DNA from: Neovahlkampfia damariscottae
Taxonomy: Eukaryota
Assembly: GCA_016618085.1 (NCBI GenBank)
Contig: JABLTG010000028.1
Coordinates: 62,001 to 126,000 of the forward strand
Reading direction: 5' to 3'
DNA: 64,000 bases
Shown: positions 24,083 to 33,165 of the stretch, piece after piece
How the letters are laid out: each line of letters starts with the position of its first letter
Numbering within the stretch: position 1 is the stretch's first letter
Made by a program: the position numbers and the translations under genes
Notes under the pieces: generated by a model
Databases searched by the model: none
Seen by the model: only the letters and a program-made list of their open reading frames with translations
What the model was told of the DNA's origin: nothing

Positions 24083-25262
24083 ATGAGCAAGTTTATTCCA
24101 GAATCTGTAAACTACTTTTTCACAAGAAAGTGCAATTACAATTGTGGGTTTTGTTTTCACACAAGCAAAAATTCTTTTGTTCTTGATATTGATGATAAGA
24201 TGTTGGTGTTGATGGACCACTTAAAGATGCAGGATTTGATTTTCAATCATTTACAAAACGTGGAGGTTATTATGATTGGACAAGAGAATTGGATACATTC
24301 ACAGAAGAAGAAAAGAAGGAAATTTTAAATAGAAGAAATTCCAAAAGAAATAATTTAATTTCATCTGTTTGTTTTATGTTATGGACAAAGTGTAATTATT
24401 CTTGTGAATTTTGCTGGCATCCAGATAAACAAGAAGACTCAAAATTTGATCTTTCAGCAGCAAGACATGCAATCTCATTATTAATTCAAAATGGAGCAAA
24501 AAAAATTGTAAGCCAATCATTTACTATTGATAAAAATAGAATTTTTGTGGAGGTGAACCATTCTACAAGAAAAAAGGAGAACATTTAGGTGAATTATTAA
24601 AATATACAAAATTATTGGATCAAGATTGTTTTACGTCAGTAGTGTCCAATGGAAGTTTAATTGAAGAAAAATGGATGGAAAACTACTCAAAATATCTTGA
24701 TTCATTAGCAATTAGTGTTGACTCATTTGAAAAAGAAACAAATCAAAAAATTGGTAGAAAAGATTTAAAACAATCAACTCTTCCATTCTCCAAATTATTA
24801 CAACTCAAACATTTTTGTGAAAAATATGAAATTAAATTTAAATTAAATACAGTAGTAAATACATCAAATTATGAAGAAAATATGATAAACTTTGTGAAAG
24901 AATTAAATCCAATTCGTTGGAAAGTATTTCAAGTTGCTCCTCGATACAATCAAAATTATGGTCCTGATGCTCCAAATAGAATGAATGTCGAAAAATACTT
25001 GATTTCAAAAAATCAATTTCAGTCATTTGTTGATTTTCACAAAAAAGAAATACCATATTTACAAGATGAATCAGTTGATGATTTAGATAATTCTTATCTT
25101 GTTTTAGATCCAAATTATTGTTTTTCTTTTGCATTGGATGATGGAACAGAAAAACCAACAAAATCTATCTTGGACATTGGTGTTGAAAATGCATTGAAAG
25201 AATCAAGTTTTTGTGAAGAAAAACGAAGAAACAGGAAAGGTTCAGGATTTGACATTGAATAA
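24083..25262 (+). pseudogene. RSAD2: Tandem viperin (radical SAM) locus: internally deleted, frameshifted canonical domain followed by a complete divergent viperin domain (intron 24508-24539)
   Basis: PESVNYFFTRKCNYNCGFCFHT (24083-24198) abuts out of frame the viperin C-terminal motif DVGVDGPLKDAGFDFQSFTKRGGYYDW (from 24199). That frame runs on into CNYSCEFCWH, KKI/NFCGGEPF, SVVSNG, LAISVDSF, FKLNTV, RWKVFQ, SYLVLD, SILDIGV. Confidence 0.85.
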
Positions 25263-25268
25263 AATCTT

Positions 25269-26508
25269 TTACTCTTTGAGAGATGTTTGATGTAAAAGTT
25301 TCTGATAGGAAATGAAATTTAGGTATGAATAACTTAACACAAATCTAGCCCAAGTATCACTCAAATTTGTCGAAATTTCATTTTCAATCTCAAAAAAGAA
25401 ATTATCATCAATTGTGTCCATTTTTCTACGTGTTTCAAAAATCTTTTTGTTTTTGTTTGAAATATTCACCTAATCATATTAGTGATCTTTAACATACCTC
25501 TAATTCTGAATCTGAATTAAAATACAAATTTCCAATTTTTTCGATTTGAATCAATCTTAGTTCTTCTGATTTCATTTCTTTATTTTTGAATATCTTCATA
25601 GCATTTCACATTTTCAACTGCAAATTCTAATTCTGAGAATTCGGTGAACAAATTCCACAACTTTTCATTTTTAAATGAATTTTTCAGGTGATCTGCATTT
25701 CTGAACAGATTTTCCCAATTTTCTCAGAACATTCAAAATGGATACAACTGTCAAAAATAAACAACAAAACAAGATGAAAACAAATTCAAGTACATTTCCT
25801 AAGCTCATAAAAATGATTCTGTTCACATTAAATTTCTGAAGCAAGTTAATTGAAATAAACAATGGGAGTAAAATCACAAGACCTAAAAGATAAAATTGAA
25901 TTCTAAAATAGAGAACATCTTCAACAAAAGCAGTTCTGAGATAAAAAAAAGGAAAACAAATTTTTTCCCATGATTTTACCTTTTGATGTTTGATTTTTTT
26001 AAAAATACGAATAGTTAAAAGTGTTAAATCAATAATCATTAAAATGCATGAAAACAGTGTGACCATTCCAATACATATATAATACCAAATCAATAAGAAT
26101 AAAATGTTTCTTGAAAAAATTCTTCCAAAAAATAAAATTCCCAGATTGGTAAAAAAGCAAATGATTTGAAATGCAGGAAATACAAATGGATTGCTCAAAA
26201 ACAACAGTAAACGTATATGAAGTTTCATCTTTGGTTTTTTAGGATTTTGATAAATAGATTTTCTATAATTTAAATAAACAAGCAATAGTTCTTATTCCAT
26301 TGTAAGAATAAAAACTTAAATCTCCAACTTTAGTTTGAAATCCGTTTTTCGTTTTGCTCGAAAAGAGGAACCCTGCTGCTGTCCTATTTCCGGATAATAA
26401 TCTGTTTGGATTATAAGAAATTTGAAAGAACGTAATAGTTGTACCATAAATGACTGAAAACAAAGCAAAAAGTATCTTCCACTTCATCCTCTTTACGCGT
26501 CCAATCAC
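25269..26508 (-). pseudogene. Multi-pass membrane protein with RGS-like C-terminus, apparently frameshifted
   Basis: Hydrophobic ORF pieces in different frames without obvious introns; downstream FTEFSELEFAVENVKCYEDI resembles an RGS core. Confidence 0.5.
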
Positions 26509-26538
26509 CAGTCGCTTATTTTGGACAAATAAAATTCT

Positions 26539-27003
26539 TTATTTTTTCATACAACAATTTTTAAATTTCTTATTAGAACCACACTCACATTTTGAATGAG
26601 GATCTTTAAATTTTTCTTCTTTTGCCAAATCAAATAAATTTGGGTTAGTTGTGGCACTCGTTGGATTATCTATTTTTCTAATATTCATTTCATTTAACAA
26701 ATCATCTGGTGTAAAAGTTCCTGCTATTTTTTCATAGTTTTTATTGAAAACTGAATATGCAGAAATTCCTGTTTTCTTTCCAGAAAAATCCAAATTGAAA
26801 AATATTAATAACATGGTTGTTAATATTAAATAAATTATCATAAATTCATTTTGATAACAAACTTTACAGAAATAGATCCAAAAAGTTATGAAAAATATAA
26901 ATATCCATCTTCTTGAGAAAATATCTACCATTTTGTATTTATAGTAAGAAACATACCAAAGAATTGGATTTTCTATAGCATTACATTTAAAAAATTTGCT
27001 CAT
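26539..27003 (-). CDS. SAYSD1: SAYSvFN-domain protein with C-terminal SEC-C motif
   Basis: TM hairpin followed by ISAYSVFN...IAGTF; C-terminal CECGSNKKFKNCC. Start uncertain. Confidence 0.8.
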   Translation of the reverse strand: MSKFFKCNAIENPILWYVSYYKYKMVDIFSRRWIFIFFITFWIYFCKVCYQNEFMIIYLILTTMLLIFFNLDFSGKKTGISAYSVFNKNYEKIAGTFTPDDLLNEMNIRKIDNPTSATTNPNLFDLAKEEKFKDPHSKCECGSNKKFKNCCMKK

Positions 27004-27967
27004 CCTTGTTATTGAACTTGAAAAATTGAAAAACAATTTTGATTGGCCTCTTTGATACATTCAATCAATGAATAATGCTTTAACTTCAGATGAATCGATC
27101 AAATATGCACTTTCATGTCCAATGCATTGGAATATAATAATACACAACATCAATCCAGAAACGACAAGTAAAATTCAGTACATGAAAGAAATTGAAAATC
27201 TTAAAATCGGAAATATGGAATCAAGTCCTTGAAAATTCAAAACAATAAGACTCCCAGGTAATTAGTCACGTTATCAGAATAAACATCAGTTTCCAAGTTG
27301 AAGTTTGTGGTTTCAACCGAACAAAGATGGTTTTTTGATTATAACGTTACTTTTTTCCGAATAAATGTGGCTAATCTGAACAAGTAGTGTTATTCCGAAT
27401 AAGTAGGTTTTCAACAAATAAGTAGTATTACTACGAACAAGAACTATAAAAGCGCATTAAAATAACTAACAAATATTCACAACTTTCGAATATCCAAGAG
27501 TAGATAGTCTCCAGACAGTCCTCTTTATTTTTTTGTTCAGTCAGTCGTTTTATCAAATTTTAGTCGTACATTTGCGCTTTTCACAATACATTTCACTTAT
27601 TCACTCATTTACAGTTACTCAAACTCATTTCAAACTCATTCATTCATTCAAATATGCAATCAGAACCAAATCAAATTTATCAATCATTAATCTCAAGTGT
27701 CAAACAACACATTTCATTTGAAATTTATCAAGAAGCTATTTTTAAACCACTTCAAACCAACAAATTCGAAGGAGAAAAAATTTCTGAAATCACTACTACT
27801 TTCAAATTTTAACTTGTCAATCCAGAGAAATTTCTCAAGCATCACTTGAATCTCAGAGAAATCTACGACCACCCAGCTGAAAGCCTTGTCAAACAACACA
27901 AAGTCTTAGATTTTAAAGACAGAGATATTGCTGTGATTCTTACAATCAAACAAACACCGTAAAAGAT

Positions 27968-28990
27968 ATGCAATATTCAGCAACCTTTGCAAATTATGAA
28001 AGAATGTTTTGTTTCAAAAGAGCGATGAAAGCAAATTCAACTTTGGAAAATATTGATGCTACACTTGTCAGCTATGATTTATACTTCCAATATTATACAC
28101 CTAAATTGCTCTCTAATATTCCAAAAACTGTTGTTTACCCACATCAAGAAATTGAATTTTATCCATCCAACACAGTAGAAGGTACAGCAGGAACTGAATT
28201 CACATTGAATTTTAATTCTTTGAACCTTTCGGGTGTTCCAAGAAAAATGATACTGTGGATTTCAGAAAGACATTCAGATATCGTCGGAATTGGAGCAAGT
28301 AAATTAAATCTTGAAAATTTACGTAAAACTGATACAGCAAAGGCTAAAATTAACAGTGTGAGCATTACATATGGAAATAGACAATCCACCTTAGCAAATG
28401 CGAAACCTGAAGATTTGTACGAAATTGCAAAGAAAAGAGGATTAAATATGACTTACAAACAATTCGTCAAATATATTGGATCATATTGTGCATTTGAATT
28501 TGGTGAAGATATTCCATTATCTGAAAGTGAAGCACCTGGTCTTAATTCAAATCCTCAATTATCAATGACTGTCAAAGGTATTGATGTTGATGGAGTAGAT
28601 AGACATTGGCAATTAAATACTGTTCTTTTCTTTGATGGGGTTGTTACAATTGTCAATGGTGGTTCATGTATCAAACAAAGAAACGTTTTGAATGCTAATG
28701 ATATTATTGATACATTGCAAAGAGATTACGAAATGGTTTATCCATCAGCTTATCATCAAAATCGATTTGGTGGTAGTCCACTTGCTGTTTTGTCATCAAT
28801 TTTACCGATTGCCAAGGGAATTCGAGGAGCAATTCAAACAGGTGCACCTATTGCTAAAATGATTGCTGACGGAGCTGAAAAAATCGGTTTAGGTGTAGCA
28901 GTCAATGAAAAAGGCAAAAAGAAAAAAGCAGGTAGAATTTCAGGCGGTGAAGTAATCAGCAGGTCCCAGTTGTCAAGTAATGGTTATTAA
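27968..28990 (+). pseudogene. Virophage major capsid protein, C-terminal ~340 aa (5'-truncated)
   Basis: Virophage MCP-like motifs: FQYYTP, LSGVPRKMILW, INSVSITYGNRQSTLANAKPEDLYEIAKKRGLNM, GSYCAFEFGEDIPL..EAPG, and a GG-containing C-terminal tail. An in-frame stop at 27914-27916 means the N-terminal part is missing. Confidence 0.85.
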
Positions 28991-29046
28991 ATTAATTAAA
29001 TAATTTGTTTTTTCATTATCTTCAATAAATAATGAAAATTATCTCC

Positions 29047-29149
29047 CATAAAATGTTGTCCTTAAAAAGTAAAATAAATTTTTTTTAAAATAGAAAAATA
29101 TTAAAAATTAAAAAAATGTTTTTGTGAAAATCAAGGACAACATTTTATG
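29047..29149. repeat. Viral inverted-repeat element, copy 1
   Basis: Perfect 17-bp arms CATAAAATGTTGTCCTT (29047-29063) and AAGGACAACATTTTATG (29133-29149). Confidence 0.9.
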
Positions 29150-29164
29150 TAAATGAAAATATGA

Positions 29165-30253
29165 TTAAAATTGATTATCAAACTTTTTAAAATATAATTT
29201 CATAGTTGATGTACTATTTGGTGAAACTAATAACGGTTCCAAACGACCATGTTGATCCATATAGTAAGCTTGAATATCAATATATTTGATATCATCAGCA
29301 ACCAACATATCAATCCATTCGAAATTAACAGCTGTGTATGTTTGTAATGATCTTGAGTGTAAAGCGGATTTATCTTCTAAATCAAATTCAAAGTTTTTCA
29401 AAATTCTATCATTTTCTGTGGTTGTAGTTGAAACAAAGTCTCTTGTACTGTTGAAAAATTCAGTTCTAATTGGTAGTTGACTTGTTGTAAAGACAATGCT
29501 TCTAATTTGATATAATTTGTAAATGGTACAATAAAATCCTTGAACTAATATTGCATCTGCTCCTGTACTTGTATTTATTGCTAAATTTCTTGTTTGAATT
29601 ACTTCATTTTTAATATTGTTGTTACCAGAATAATAAACATCAATTCTAATATCTCTACCTTGGTCCAAATTTGCTTTTGTATGTGGAAAATTATTAAATA
29701 AATTCCATAGGTTGCTATTCATGTAAAGTTTATGAGTATCCAATAAATTCATAAATTCAGTTGGAAATACAATATCAATGATAGCGGTGTTTCTATCAAA
29801 AACAAAATATGGAACTTTTGCGTCATTTACATTTGTATTTAAACATGCTTCTAAAACTGCTTTGTTCAAAATTTGCAAGAATTGATCAATTGTCCAAATT
29901 TTTAGATCACTCGAATCTGCATCATTAAAACTTTCATGTTGTAAATAAGATTGATAAACATTGCCATCAATATCTTGAACTGTGACAGAATAATATTGGT
30001 TGTTTGGTGTTCTGTATGTTTGATTTAATTCATATGATGAGTATTAAGTTGATGGGAAAAACATGATCGGGGTTTCACTTGTGTCAACTTCAAATCTCGC
30101 AACAGCAAGTTTGTAATCGCTGGCTTTTTTAATAATTGGAATACCACGATTATCATTGTATCTAAATGGTTTTGGAACTCCATCTTTGTTAACTGCAATA
30201 ATATCATAATAAACGTTGTCAGTGTCTGGTTCTGTATAATAATTTAGCATCAC
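29165..30253 (-). pseudogene. Virophage minor capsid (penton) protein with a single premature stop at 30044-30046
   Basis: N-terminal DNVYYDI...RGIPIIKKASDYKLAVARFEVDTSETP; C-terminal IRSIVFTTSQLPI, IDIQAYYMDQHGRLEPL, TMKLYFKK. Both ORF pieces share one frame (363 codons), separated by one TAA. Confidence 0.85.
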
Positions 30254-30274
30254 TTATATAATGTGGTTAGATTT

Positions 30275-30846
30275 TTATTTTTGAAATACATCATCATACA
30301 AATCTACAATAACAAAGTCGTCATAATTTGCTTTTTTCAATCCCATTTGTTTTAATTCTTTTACTCCTCTTTCCATCATGTTTTTGTATTCTTTTAATGA
30401 TAAATGTTTGTTTGAATTCTTTTAATACAATGCCATCCACAAGTTTGCACTGGAGGAGTTTTCTTCTGAAATTTGTAATGATTGTAACTTAATTTATATG
30501 GTGAATTTAACATCAGCCAACTTAAATATGTGTGATCTTGTTTTAATTTTTTATTCATGTTAAAGTCTGTGAATTTTAATTGCTTATCTGGAAACAAACT
30601 GTATGGATCAAAAAATTCAACTTCTTTATCAGAAATCTTATTTAAACAACAGTAATGCCCATATTGGTCTGTTTGGAGGTACATAATAATTACAGAACCA
30701 TTATTCATATGTAATAAATGCTCCAAAGTGTCATAATTTTGTAATTCTGAATAAATTAATAACTTATGTCCTGATATCCTTTGAATTTCTGCATCTGATA
30801 GTGGATAGTGTTTTAACGGTTCTATTTTTTGTTTTAAATCTGCCAT
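30275..30846 (-). pseudogene. Virophage maturation cysteine protease (adenain/Ulp1-like), frameshifted near 30412
   Basis: Catalytic pattern GHYCCL, VEFFDPY, FQ...VQTCGWHC; the C-terminus continues in another frame as KHLSLKEY...NYDDFVIVDLY to a stop at 30275. Confidence 0.85.
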
Positions 30847-30891
30847 TTATATTATAGCCAAATAAAATATAAATTAAAAAATAAACATCCA

Positions 30892-30991
30892 CAAATTGTT
30901 GTCCTTAAAAGTTGAAAAAAAATAATTTTCTGATTGGATAATTTCTTGTTTTTAAAAAAATGTTTTCCCAACTTTTAAGGACAACAATTTG
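30892..30991. repeat. Viral inverted-repeat element, copy 2
   Basis: Perfect 23-bp arms CAAATTGTTGTCCTTAAAAGTTG (30892-30914) and CAACTTTTAAGGACAACAATTTG (30969-30991). Confidence 0.9.
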
Positions 30992-31036
30992 GAGATGTGT
31001 TTATTTTAAAATAATAATTTATAAATTTATCATATA

Positions 31037-31309
31037 ATGTCAGTAAAACTAGCTTACGTATTTTGGAGTTACGACGGCGCTCCAACAGATAATGAAATTG
31101 AAATTATTGAAGGTAAAGATTATGACGATTTATATAATAAATTCTATGAATTATTAGATGATACATTCGAGATTGATAATGAACTAGAAGATGCAGAGGT
31201 CGATTATCGTAAACTTAAAGGGATAAAAGGAATTTACAAATTATTAGATGTCATTTATTATTATTTAATTGATAGTTTTAATGTAGCTGTAATTGTGAAA
31301 TTTTTATAA
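31037..31309 (+). CDS. Small acidic viral hypothetical protein
   Basis: 90-aa intronless ORF between repeat copies 2 and 3, with CATATA directly before the ATG. Confidence 0.6.
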   Translation: MSVKLAYVFWSYDGAPTDNEIEIIEGKDYDDLYNKFYELLDDTFEIDNELEDAEVDYRKLKGIKGIYKLLDVIYYYLIDSFNVAVIVKFL

Positions 31310-31316
31310 ACTTAAA

Positions 31317-31422
31317 TTCCAAAATGTTGTCCTGAATTTTCATAAAAACATTTTTTTAATTTTCAGATATTTTTAATATTTGAAAAAATTTATTTCTAAC
31401 TTTTCAGGACAACAATTTGGAA
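31317..31422. repeat. Viral inverted-repeat element, copy 3 (opposite orientation to copy 1)
   Basis: 20-bp arms TTCCAAAATGTTGTCCTGAA and TTCAGGACAACAATTTGGAA (1 mismatch); the reverse complement of its interior aligns with the interior of copy 1. Confidence 0.9.
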
Positions 31423-31466
31423 AATTTTGATATAAAGAAATTAATATAATATAATATATACAAGCG

Positions 31467-31691
31467 ATGAAGAAATTAAATCTATCTGAAGAAGAAAGAA
31501 AAGAATATTACAAAAGATATAATGCAGAATATTATCAAAGAAACAAAGAAAGAATGCAAGCAATAATGTTAAGACCTGTATTTTGTCCTCATTGTCACAT
31601 CGACGTGCCAAAATGTAGATACTTAAGACATTGCACATCAATGCGTCACCAAAGAAATGAACAAAATAATGAAAATATTGAATTGGTTTAA
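31467..31691 (+). CDS. Viral C2H2/zinc-ribbon protein
   Basis: KEYYKRYNAEYYQRNKE helix followed by C-PH-C...YLRHCTSMRH, a pattern typical of virophage, PLV and NCLDV small zinc-finger proteins. Confidence 0.7.
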   Translation: MKKLNLSEEERKEYYKRYNAEYYQRNKERMQAIMLRPVFCPHCHIDVPKCRYLRHCTSMRHQRNEQNNENIELV

Positions 31692-31732
31692 ATTGGTTTA
31701 AAGAAATATGTAGATTATATATTATAACAAAT

Positions 31733-32041
31733 ATGGGATACATGAAAAACTTAGAAATTGAAAGAAAAAACTTAATTACTGATATGCAAAAAGTTATTAA
31801 ATTGACAATTTTAGCTGCATCATTGTCAGACTTATCAAATAATAAAACAAAGAAAGAAACTGAAGAAAAAACAACTGAAGTTATGTTGCTTCATTGTATG
31901 ACACTGAAATCATTTGAAGATGGTGACAAATTTGTAAAGAATTGTGAAAAAGATCCAAATTATTTGAACAGCAGAAAGAAATTAGTTAGTGAGCTTTTAA
32001 ATGCATGCAAAGAAGGTTTTGGAATTTGCACTTCAAATTAA
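31733..32041 (+). CDS. Viral hypothetical protein
   Basis: 102-aa intronless ORF with TATATATTATA upstream and a 10-bp hairpin (32055-32080) after the stop. Confidence 0.55.
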   Translation: MGYMKNLEIERKNLITDMQKVIKLTILAASLSDLSNNKTKKETEEKTTEVMLLHCMTLKSFEDGDKFVKNCEKDPNYLNSRKKLVSELLNACKEGFGICTSN

Positions 32042-32086
32042 AATCATTTAATTGATTATCATTTTAATTGAAATGATAATTACAAA

Positions 32087-32155
32087 CTTATCAGATGGAA
32101 TTGAACCACGCTTACGGGTTATGAGCCCGTCGTCATCCCACTTGACCATGATAAG
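32087..32155 (-). tRNA. trnM: tRNA-Met(CAT), initiator-like, inside the viral element
   Basis: Minus strand folds as CTTATCA/TGATAAG acceptor stem, GTCA/TGAC D-stem, ACGGG-CTCATAA-CCCGT anticodon arm and GTGG-TTCAATT-CCAT T-arm (T-stem slightly imperfect). Confidence 0.8.
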
Positions 32156-32190
32156 AAAAATACAATTTGTATCTTTCTTGTATTTAAAAT

Positions 32191-32283
32191 AGGAATTAAA
32201 GGTAGGAGTTGAACCTACTATGGCGTCACAATGTAACCTTTATTTGGAGTAAAGAATGTGAACTCATTACCGTCATGTTTCCT
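32191..32283 (-). ncRNA. Degenerate tRNA-like structure with long variable arm and CCA anticodon loop
   Basis: Perfect T-arm GTAGG-TTCAACT-CCTAC, anticodon arm CTTTA-CTCCAAA-TAAAG and variable hairpin GTTAC/GTGAC; acceptor and D arms are poor. Confidence 0.4.
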
Positions 32284-32340
32284 ACATGATTACTAGCACC
32301 TTGCTAATTTCTTTAATTTCTATATACTTATTTGAGATAA

Positions 32341-32496
32341 TTATTTTGTTTTCTTTCCATATAATCTCACTTGACCTTTTCTATAACATTCTAAATATGT
32401 TCCTTCCCTCTGTCCTTTCTTTGTGGGTTTTGCTCCACAATATGGTTTTAATGGCTTTCCTCTTTTCTTCAGAGGTGTTTCTCCTGCTTTTCTCAT
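32341..32496 (-). CDS. 51-aa basic viral protein (absent from the ORF track)
   Basis: Manual translation MRKAGETPLKKRGKPLKPYCGAKPTKKGQREGTYLECYRKGQVRLYGKKTK; the YCG...GT..EC..KGQVRLYG pattern resembles small giant-virus/virophage proteins (from memory). Confidence 0.6.
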   Translation of the reverse strand: MRKAGETPLKKRGKPLKPYCGAKPTKKGQREGTYLECYRKGQVRLYGKKTK

Positions 32497-32746
32497 ATAT
32501 CATTAGTTTAGATTTTAATTCTGGTATTTGTTTAGGTGTGCTTGCAAAATTGATTGTTTGACAGTTTCATCAGGATCTTTATTTACCACATTTGTGAATG
32601 TGATGGTGATCTTATTTCTCATTTCTCTGAAACCATTTTGAAAAATTTTATTGATTTCTAAGTGTTTTATTTCAAATTTGATCATTTATTGCTTGACTTA
32701 AATATTTAATAATAATTTTTCTGTTGAATTTATTTATCCAATAAAA

Positions 32747-33126
32747 ATGCTTTCAAAAAAAGAAGTTTTGGAAGCAGTAAAACAAAATGGTTCTTCACTT
32801 AGATTTGCATCTAAGAAATTACAAAATGATAAAGAAGTGGTTTTGGAAGCAGTAAAACAGATAGTTCTTCACTTGAATATGCATCTAAGGAATTACAAAA
32901 TGATAAAGAAGTAGTTTTGGAAGCATTAAAACGAAATGGTTATTCTCTTAATTATGCATCTGAGGAATTAAAAGGGGACAAAGAAATTGAATGGATATCC
33001 AAAAAATATTTCAAATTCATCAGAGAAATTTCTGCATATAACGTTATGTTTCACTTTAAATATTCAAGTGAAAACAGAAAACAAATTAATTTTGATGAAA
33101 ATAATCCGTCAAAGAAAATGAAATAA
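32747..33126 (+). pseudogene. Short DUF4116-repeat gene with a frameshift near 32860
   Basis: EAVKQNGSSLRFASKKLQNDKEVVL repeats; a 1-nt shift after the second AVKQ; host-type CCAAT at 32738. Confidence 0.7.
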
Positions 33127-33165
33127 ATTTATATAATATTAAATATTTAAAGTTTTAAACACAAG

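Larger units (their letters stand above)
27959..32560. mobile_element. Endogenous virophage (Lavidaviridae/Maveriviricetes-like) fragment, decaying
   Basis: Intronless block with major capsid, penton and cysteine protease genes, small viral-type ORFs, TATATA-rich upstream motifs and AT-rich hairpins. No packaging ATPase, integrase or terminal repeat pair is visible; boundaries are approximate. Confidence 0.85.

Noticed and set aside
27317..27493. CRISPR-like array near the viral insert
   Set aside because: Units are short, degenerate and irregularly spaced, with no constant repeat-spacer structure.
30044..30046. Stop-codon reassignment or readthrough in the penton gene
   Set aside because: TAA terminates the other viral and host genes, and neighbouring viral genes are also damaged, so decay or sequence error is simpler.
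32286..32561. Plus-strand hydrophobic 91-aa ORF
   Set aside because: Antisense shadow of the Lys-rich 51-aa minus-strand ORF.
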